The position numbers and the translations under genes are program-made. A DNA stretch of 64,000 bases from Macrostomum hystrix. Taxonomy: Eukaryota > Animalia > Platyhelminthes. Below are positions 55,835-64,000 of this stretch, piece after piece. Numbering within the stretch: the first letter of the stretch is position 1; each line of letters begins with the position of its first letter. Below the pieces are notes generated by a model. That model was not told the DNA's origin, searched no databases, and saw only the letters and a program-made list of their open reading frames with translations. The stretch lies in NCBI GenBank assembly GCA_950097015.1, contig CATNEN010000038.1, forward strand, positions 23,684,001-23,748,000. The letters are read 5' to 3'.

Positions 55835-57000
55835 GGCTTCCCAGATCCTCAAATCTACAATGGTAGCTTCCGAGATCCTCAAATCGATAATGGTAGCTTC
55901 CGAGATCCTCAAATCGATAATGGTAGCTTCCTAGATCCTCAAGTCGATAATGGTAGCTTCCGAGATCCTCAAATCGATAATGGTAGCTTCCGAGATCCTC
56001 AAATCGATAATGGTAGCTTCCTAGATCCTCAAATCTACAATGGTAGCTTCCTAGATCCTCAAATCTACAATGGTAGCTTCGAAGATCCTCAAATCTACAA
56101 TGGTAGCTTCGAAGATCCTCAAATCTACAATGGTAGCTTCCCAGATCCTCATATCTACAATGGTAGCTTCCGAGATCCTCAAATCTACAATGGTAGCTTC
56201 CTAGATCCTCAAATCTACAATGGTAGCTTCCCAGATCCTCAAATCTACAATGGTAGATTCCGAGATCCTCAAATCTACAATGGAAGCTTCCCAGATCCTC
56301 AAATCTACAAAGGTAGCTTCCGAGATCCTCAAATCTACAATGGTAGCTTCGAAGATCCTCAAATCTACAATGGTAGCTTCCCAGATCCTCATATCTACAA
56401 TGGTAGCTTCCGAGATCCTCAAATCTACAATGGTAGCTTCCGAGATCCTCAAATCTACAATGGTAGCTTCCGAGATCCTCAAATCTACAATGGTAGCTTC
56501 CCAGATCCTCAAATCTACAATGGTAGCTTCCTAGATCCTCAAATCTACAATGGAAGCTTCCCAGATCCTCAAATCTACAATGGTAGATTCCGAGATCCTC
56601 AAATCTACAATGGTAGCTTCCGAGATCCTCAAATCTACAATGGTAGCTTCCGAGATCCTCAAATCTACAATGGTAGCTTCCCAGATCCTCAAATCTACAA
56701 TGGTAGCTTCCCAGATCCTCATATCTACAATGGTAGCTTCCGAGATCCTCAAATCTACAATGGTAGATTCCGAGATCCTCAAATCTACAATGGAAGCTTC
56801 CCAGATCCTCAAATCTACAAAGGTAGCTTCCGAGATCCTCAAATCTACAATGGTAGCTTCCCAGATCCTCAAATCTACAATGGTAGCTTCCCAGATCCTC
56901 AAATCTACAATGGTAGCTTCCCAGATTCTCAAATCTACAATGGTAGCTTCCGAGATCCTCAAATCGATAATGGTAGTTTCCCAGATCCTCAAATCGATAA
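55835..57000 (+). repeat. 30-bp minisatellite (TGGTAGCTTCCCAGATCCTCAAATCTACAA)n directly after the TEX10 stop
   Basis: About 39 units; shares the AGCTTCCCAGATCCTCAA core with the 23-bp family. Confidence 0.96.
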
Positions 57001-57299
57001 TTGTAGTCCTTTTTGTTGAGTTGTTTAACCGTAACTTAAATTCATTTTTTAAACTTCTTTTTGGGTATTTCTGATATTCATGTAACTTCTTTTCTCATTT
57101 ATCTTGCTTTTTTTAATTGTCATCTTTCTGCCTTTGTAATGCAATACTATCAACCGTTAATAAATGAGATAAAAAATGTAACTCTTGTTAAGTCTGAACT
57201 TCTCCTTTCTCTTAACAATGGAACAGAAACAAGAAACAATTATAAAAGTGTTTAACTTAATTTTTTATAAATAAACAGGAGGTCGTCATATTTTATAAT

Positions 57300-57725
57300 C
57301 TACACCCCAGCTGGTCCTCAGACTGAATAGAATCTTCATCCCAGCTGGTCCTCAGACAGATTATATTCTTAATCCCATCTGGTCCTCAGACAAATTATAT
57401 TCTTAATCCCAGCTGGTCCTCAGACAGATTATAATCTTCATCCCAACTGATCCTCAGACAGATTATAATCTTCATCCCAACTGGTCCTCAGAGAGATTAT
57501 AATCTTAATCCCACCTGGTCCTCAGAGATATTATAATCTTAATCCCACCTGGTCCTCAGACTGAATAGAATCTTCATCCCAACTGGTCCTAAGAATGATT
57601 ATAATAATAATCCCAACTGGTCCTCAGAGAGATTATAATCTTCATCCCAACTGGTCCTCAGACGGATTATAATCTTCATTCCTGCTGGTCCTCAGATTGA
57701 ATAGAATCTTCGTCTTAGCTGGTCC
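57300..57725. repeat. 34-bp repeat (CCCAACTGGTCCTCAGACAGATTATAATCTTCAT)n upstream of XPNPEP3
   Basis: About 12 units. Confidence 0.9.
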
Positions 57726-57765
57726 TCTCTACAATTCACAAATCACTGCTTCCAGCCTTGCCAAA

Positions 57766-60106
57766 ATGTTACGAAATCTTAGCGTCTGTCGTCGGTTATT
57801 AAGCAGCAGCGCCAGTGTTGGAGGCGGGGCCTTCAAAACCGCCTCTTCGGCTTCATCGCCAGCCGAGCATCATCAGCCTGACGGTCCCGACGTGATCCTG
57901 CCACGCAGCGGCCACTTCCACCTGGATCCGTTCACTCCCGCCGACTTTGCCGAGCGTCGTCGGCGTCTATTCGAAGAATTCTCCCAGCGCCTGGCCGTTG
58001 ACAAACAATTTTCCGGCTTCGATCGCCACTTACTACTCGTCCCGTCGGCTCAGCAGCAGTATATGGCGCATCACGTGCCATTCACAATGCGTCAAAATTC
58101 TCACCTGCGCTATTTGACCGGACATCTGGGCCCAGACTCCATGCTGGTGTTAGCCTGCAACGGCGGCCCGGGTGTCAGCGACTTCGACACCGCACGACTG
58201 CTGGTGCATCGCCAGTCAGACACCGAGCGCCTGTGGGACGGTCCGGAGACAACGCCGACTGAGGCCGCTCAGCGTGCGGGCCTGCCCGATCCTGCCAATG
58301 CCGGCATGTACACCGAAGACCCAGACACGGCCGAGTTCCTGGCCGACCAGATGGCTCGCACCAAGGGAAAGTGAGTCCTTCAGGGCCACTCTCTATGATC
58401 CTTCAGGGTCACTCTCTCAGATCCTTCAGGGTCACTCTCTCAGATCCTTCAGGGCCACTCTCTCAGATCCTTCAGGGCCACTCTCTATGATCCTTCAGGG
58501 TCAGTCTCTCGGGATCCTTTAGGGTCACTCTCTTAGATCCTTCAGGGCCACTCTCTCAGATCCTTCAGGGTCACTCTCAGATCATTCAGGGTCACTCTCT
58601 CGGGATCCTTCAGGGTCACTCTCTATGATCCTTCAGGGCCACTCTCTCAGTTTGTCAGAGCTTATTTTCTCATGCTTCATGGCTGCACTAGTCAATGTTT
58701 TTTTCAGAAGGCGTTTTAGCCCTAGCTCGTCCTTTCATGTTTTACTACGAGTATTTAGTATCGTGTCACGCCTGTCTCGTCACACCTTTCATCCTGCAGT
58801 ACTAGACACAAAGCTTAGGTTCAAGAGGCGGCTAGTGTAGCAGCACCTTTGTTGTATATTCTGGTGTAGCGAAAGTGTTTATTATCCATTAACTAGGCCG
58901 GTTTAACCGACGTTAATAAGGCGTGAAAAGTAGAGAGATGTAGACAATATTATAGGATAATTATTTATCTCTATTATTTCTATAGGGCTAAAATCGCAGT
59001 CTATATATTCTTTAAAGATCTAGAGAATATGTTAATCTGTGGCTAAAATGATTTCAAGTGGCTCTCGCTGATTTTAAGATTTGCAAATCTTATACACTTT
59101 TATCGCATTTGATTATCTGTCTAGTCTAGATTTAGATGTTCCATCACAATGGATTAGACTCATATTATTCGGTGAGTTAATTCATATTATCAGCCTAAGG
59201 TAGACCTGACTGATGAGTTTTTACTAAAAATAAAGCCGATGTTATCCTTAGATAATCTTACTAGTCCTAGGGGATTTAGTTTGGCTCGCTTTGTATCTGC
59301 AGAGAAAGTAAAATATATATATTAAATTCATAAATTTCTCTGTCTCTCAGCAGAATTTATTTCATTTACAAGTTCTTATCTTTTCAAAAGGATTTGGTTT
59401 CAGTTTTGTGTTTAGAAATGCAATAAAACCGTATTTTTCCAAGGTTGAAATTTTCATAATGGTAGACAATCCGGTGGATAGTTCTGGCTGGGGTAGAGAA
59501 TCCGGTAGATCGTTTTGACAGGGGCAGACAATGCGGTAGATTATGCAGCTGGGGTAGACAATGTAGTAGATTATGCAAGCTGGGGTGGACAATGTAGTAG
59601 ATTATGCAAGCTGGGGTAGACATTGTTGTAGATTATGCAGGCTGGGGTAGACAATGTAGTAGATTATGCAAACTGGGGTAGACAATGCGGTAGATAGTGC
59701 GGTCTGGGGTAGAAATCTAATGTAATCGTGGATGCGTATGTAAGACACTCCCTAGCCACAGCCACACTTTCTCACATTTTTCTCGCGCCAATCAGACTGG
59801 CTCTGTGGTACAACTACAAGGAGGCGCCCAACGGCAATCTAGACCGTGGCCTAGTCTTATCATCTGTCAAGCGTCGAAGTCCTCAGGCTGTGTCCAACAT
59901 TGAGCCAATCATTGACCGGGTGCGATGGCGAAAATCGGCTAAGGAGCTGGCCGTGATCAGGCGAGCAGCTCTGATTGGCTCGCTGGCAATGAATTCGGCT
60001 ATGAGAGCCACGTGGCCTGGCATTAACGAGGCTGCAATTTGGGCTGTTCTAGACTTCGAATGCAGAAGATTAGGCGCCGACCGATTGGCTTATCCTCCTG
60101 TAATTG
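57766..60106 (+). CDS. XPNPEP3: Mitochondrial Xaa-Pro aminopeptidase 3 (Icp55 homolog), first two exons; gene continues beyond the window
   Basis: Exons 57766-58370 and 59796-60106. Presequence-like MLRNLSVCRRLLSS; AMP_N motifs DFAERRRRL, YMAHHVPFTMRQNSHLRYLTG, ERLWDGP; peptidase M24 start RWRKSAKEL..FECRRLGADRLAYPPVI. No catalytic-domain exon found before 64000. Confidence 0.88.
58376..58650. repeat. 23-bp repeat (AGATCCTTCAGGGTCACTCTCTC)n in XPNPEP3 intron 1
   Basis: About 12 units. Confidence 0.9.
59455..59715. repeat. ~30-bp repeat (GGGGTAGACAATGTAGTAGATTATGCAAGCT)n
   Basis: About 8 units. Confidence 0.82.
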
Positions 60107-60794
60107 GTGAGTTTTGTCTGTTAATTATAGGGTAAGAATTAATATCAGTATGACTTCCAAGCCATTTTGCCGCTCAATTCCCCCCCACATCATTTTTTGG
60201 CAGCGTTTGAATTCTAACAGCCTTGGGTGATGACCTATTGGTTGGCAGACTAGGCGATGTGTCCTGTGGTTGAGCTGCGCCTAATATTTAGGCTTAATCA
60301 GTGAAATTGAGGAAAATCGTTTCAGGGTGTTTATCATCGCCTAGTTCCACCTGTTGTAGCCCTTAAAGCTGGTCCAGCATATCCGTCTAGATGAAGGTAG
60401 GTGACCACCGAAGACGGAGATGATGCAGGCACATTCGGGTGACATTCTCATTGATTTTAAAGGCCTAGAAATGCCGCACTGAGGCGCAGTGCTAATTTAT
60501 GTATAGGGGTGTATGAAATACACTAGCGCTTATGGGAAAAATCTGACCTTGGGCCAGAATCATTGAATATCTCGACGGCCTGAAGAGCTGGCGACTCGAT
60601 TCTTGTTTCAGAAGATGCGCAACAAAGAGTTGGTCCGTGTTCTTGAGTTTCGTGTGCTTGCGTTGCTCCGTTCGGGTGCAGCACAAACAACTGTCGGGGG
60701 GGATTTCCCAACCCCATTGGTACTCGTAGTTGCACAGTTAACGCGTCTGACAATGAAAAATAGTGTGCGCGCTCCGGGTTCAGTTAGACGCGCT

Positions 60795-61117
60795 GATTAC
60801 CTTCTCGCTAGTTGCAGGTCCAACTGTCGCTATGGGGCCAGATGTGCAGCCGACAGCACAGCCGCAGCTAATGCGCGGCGCATCTGAAGGCTGCGTACAG
60901 CTGTTCAGTCCGTGGACTGGGGGGACGCCACACCCACCTTCAATTATCCCAGCTGATGCTGGTACCCATAAATCACCCAACCAACATCTGGGTGAACTGA
61001 AGCAATGCAGAGTTAAGTGTCTTGCTAAAGGACACAAATTGTTCCAGTGTAGTCGGGAATCGAACCCCCGACCTTCAAGTCGTGAGTCCGATGCCCTAAC
61101 CACTAGGCTACAACCTC
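60795..61117 (-). mobile_element. tRNA-derived SINE family A, longest copy
   Basis: Minus strand: GTTGTAGCCTAGTGGTTAGGGCATCGGACTCACGACTTGAAGGTCGGGGGTTCGATTCCCG, then TGTGTCCTTTAGCAAGACACTTAAC...CACCCAG...ATGGGTACC. The head is nearly identical to the 28005-28274 copy. Confidence 0.85.
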
Positions 61118-61571
61118 TACAACCTTCGGATTCAAGTTTTTTAATAGTTTTGGCGTGCATCAATTTCTAGACCTAAAAGTACATAATGCAGACAAGAGTT
61201 ATTAGACAATTATGAGGCAATGCGATGCCTAATTAGGTAAGCTAATGCTTAGCTAAGTAAGCCATTTTCTTCTTCTAAAAGATTTGCATTTCTAAAGTAT
61301 GACTTCTTTATCTTTTAAGCTTAGTGCTGTCTGAGTTCTCTTTCAGTCTAGTAAGTCATACTTAGTTGACTAGTTTATAATGCACTTCGTGGCATGATCC
61401 TTATGAGCTCATGATCTGCATACGCGATAGGTCTTCCCAAAAATTCTTTTCTGTCTTGCCTCTCTACAATGGCTAGGTTTCTATTTGATTTAGATGTTTC
61501 ATCTCTCTTTTTGGGATTTTCTAGATTGTTTCTACGAAGATTGTTTAGAATGTAATTAGCCTCAGTTTTAT

Positions 61572-61670
61572 GGACGGGGTTGTGGTGAAAGCGTTGGACT
61601 AATGACTTGAAGGTCAGCGGTTCGATTCCCTACCCCAGTTGAGAAATGTGTCTTTTTACAAGACACTGCA
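61572..61670 (+). mobile_element. 5' fragment of SINE family A
   Basis: TGTGGTGAAAGCGTTGGACTAATGACTTGAAGGTCAGCGGTTCGATTCCC..TGTGTC..CAAGACAC. Confidence 0.7.
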
Positions 61671-62139
61671 TGAAAGTGTTTATAAATGCTAGGCGAGAGT
61701 TACTTGAGCAGTTATATATTAAGTGTATACTCTTATATTTGCTACGATAAGATCGGTCTGTTTGGCAATTAGTTATGCGGTATTAGATTAATTCCATTCT
61801 AAGCCAAAAATAAAAGCTGCAGAGGCTAGATGTTAAGTAGTTATGTAATTGACCCTTTCTATATTTGTGCATGCGTTTCTTAATATGGTTACACAATATT
61901 TCTGTTTTGGCTAAATCGGTACGTTTTTACTGGATTTGGCCTTTTTCTGATCTCTCTTCTTCTCGTTTTTTGGTGCATTTCAGCCTACTCGTGTATATAA
62001 GACAAGTTTTGGCGGAAACCGAAAATTCCCTGTTAATTGACACCCCATTATCAAGCATTCATTTCTCTTTTCTATAAGAGCTTATGTCAATGGAACATAA
62101 CTACTTTGTGTGTAGTAAAGTACTCAATAATTGACTATT

Positions 62140-64000
62140 AATGCAGTGAGGGTGTTACAGTTAATGAAGTCGGGGTGTTACAGGCGATGTACTCAGGGTG
62201 TTACGGTCAATGCAGTGAGGGTGTTACAGTCGATGCAGTGAAGTTGTTACAGTCAATGCAGTGAAGGTGTTACAGGCGATGCAGTGAGGGTGTTACAGGC
62301 GATGCAGTGAGGGTGTTACAGTCGATGCAGTGAGGGTGTTACAGGCGATGCAGTGAGGGTGTTACAGTCGATGCAGTGAGGGTGTTACAGGCGATGCAGT
62401 GAGGGTGTTACAGTCGATGCAGTGAGGGTGTTACAGGCGATGCAGTGAGGGTGTTACAGGCGATGCAGTGAGGGTGTTACAGGCGATGCAGTGAGGGTGT
62501 TACAGGCGATGCAGTGAGGGTGTTACAGTCGAAGCAGTGAGGGTGTTACAGTCGATGCAGTGAGGGTGTTACAGGCGATGCAGTGAGGGTGTTACAGTCG
62601 ATGCAGTGAGGGTGTTACAGTCGATGCAGTGAGGGTGTTACAGGCGATGCAGTGAGGTAGTTACAGTCGATGCAGTGAGGGTGTTACAGTCGATGCAGTG
62701 AGGGTGTTACAGTCGAAGCAGTGAGGGTGTTACAGTCGATGCAGTGAGGGTGTTACAGTCGAAGCAGTGAGGGTGTTACAGGCGATGCAGTGAGGGTGTT
62801 ACAGTCGATGCAGTGAGGGTGTTACAGTCGATGCAGTGAGGGTGTTACAGGCGATGCAGTGAGGGTGTTACAGTCGATGCAGTGAGGGTGTTACAGTCGA
62901 TGCAGTGAGGGTGTTACAGGCGATGCAGTGAGGGTGTTACAGTCGATGCAGTGAGGGTGTTACAGTCGAAGCAGTGGGGGTGTTACAGGCGATGCAGTGA
63001 GGGTGTTACAGTCGATGCAGTGAGGGTGTTACAGTCGATGCAGTGAGGGTGTTACAGGCGATGCAGTGAGGGTGTTACAGGCGATGCAGTGAGGGTGTTA
63101 CAGGCGATGCAGTGAGGGTGTTACAGGCGATGCAGTGAGGGTGTTACAGGCGATGCAGTGAGGGTGTTACAGTCGATGCAGTTAGGGTGTTACAGTCGAT
63201 GCAGTTAGGGTGTTACAGTCGATGCAGTTAGGGTGTTACAGTCGATGCAGTTAGGGTGTTACAGTCGATGCAGTGAGGGTGTTACAGTCGATGCAGTGAG
63301 GGTGTTACAGTCGATGCAGTGAGGGTGTTACAGGCGATGCAGTGAGGGTGTTACAGTCGATGCAGTGAGGGTGTTACAGTCGATGCAGTGAGGGTGTTAC
63401 AGTCGAAGCAGTGAGGGTGTTACAGGCGATGCAGTGAGGGTGTTACAGTCGATGCAGTGAGGGTGTTACAGGCGATGCAGTGAGGGTGTTACAGGCGATG
63501 CAGTGAGGTAGTTACAGTCGATGCAGTGAGGGTGTTACAGTCGATGCAGTGAGGGTGTTACAGTCGAAGCAGTGAGGGTGTTACAGTCGATGCAGTGAGG
63601 GTGTTACAGGCGATGCAGTGAGGGTGTTACAGTCGATGCAGTGAGGGTGTTACAGTCGATGCAGTGAGGGTGTTACAGTCGAAGCAGTGAGGGTGTTACA
63701 GGCGATGCAGTGAGGGTGTTACAGTCGAAGCAGTGAGGGTGTTACAGTCGATGCAGTGAGGGTGTTACAGGCGATGCAGTGAGGGTGTTACAGTCGATGC
63801 AGTGAGGGTGTTACAGTCGATGCAGTGAGGGTGTTACAGGCGATGCAGTGAGGGTGTTACAGTCGATGCAGTGAGGGTGTTACAGTCGAAGCAGTGAGGG
63901 TGTTACAGGCGATGCAGTGAGGGTGTTACAGTCGATGCAGTGAGGGTGTTACAGTCGATGCAGTTAGGGTGTTACAGGCGATGCAGTGAGGGTGTTACAG
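62140..64000. repeat. 23-bp satellite (GATGCAGTGAGGGTGTTACAG[GC/TC])n, runs off the window end (XPNPEP3 intron 2)
   Basis: About 80 near-identical units. Confidence 0.97.

Noticed and set aside
55823-57019. 398-aa ORF of (DPQIYNGSFR)n decapeptides after TEX10
   Set aside because: Starts at TTG with no ATG in frame, is a pure 30-bp satellite related to the intronic 23-bp family, and has no unique domain or signal peptide.
59205-59245. Hammerhead ribozyme-like CTGATGA followed by a GTTTTT/AAAAAT stem
   Set aside because: The required GAAA after stem II is absent (TAAAG) and stems I and III could not be formed convincingly.

Overview
Eukaryotic (metazoan) genomic DNA. GT-AG introns filled with minisatellites, Ala/Gln/Gly-rich low-complexity inserts and a 3' splice acceptor in front of every start codon suggest a flatworm such as Macrostomum; this is an inference. 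Six protein-coding genes lie head-to-tail on the + strand: (1) a complete 26-exon mTOR, about 2772 aa by my exon model, with a GC-AG last intron; (2) intronless PDCD2; (3) a divergent ZIFL1-like MFS membrane protein; (4) a 227-aa eIF4A-like protein with only the N-terminal RecA domain and broken catalytic motifs (GKT->GKM, DEAD->TEAD); (5) TEX10/Ipi1; (6) the 5' part of XPNPEP3. Introns and spacers hold about 30 minisatellite or low-complexity arrays, three tRNA-derived SINE families, a 5'-truncated RNase H-containing LINE with a 13-bp TSD, and three inverted-repeat DNA elements. The most notable observations are the catalytically dead half-eIF4A, an operon-like growth/ribosome-biogenesis cluster, an array of 11 CLEAR/E-box (GTCACGTGA) motifs inside an mTOR intron, an antisense 28S rRNA fragment in mTOR intron 1 in which most of the R2/I-PpoI target core is replaced, and inverted satellite arrays that could base-pair across mTOR exons. 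All coordinates and splice models were derived by eye; no searches were run.
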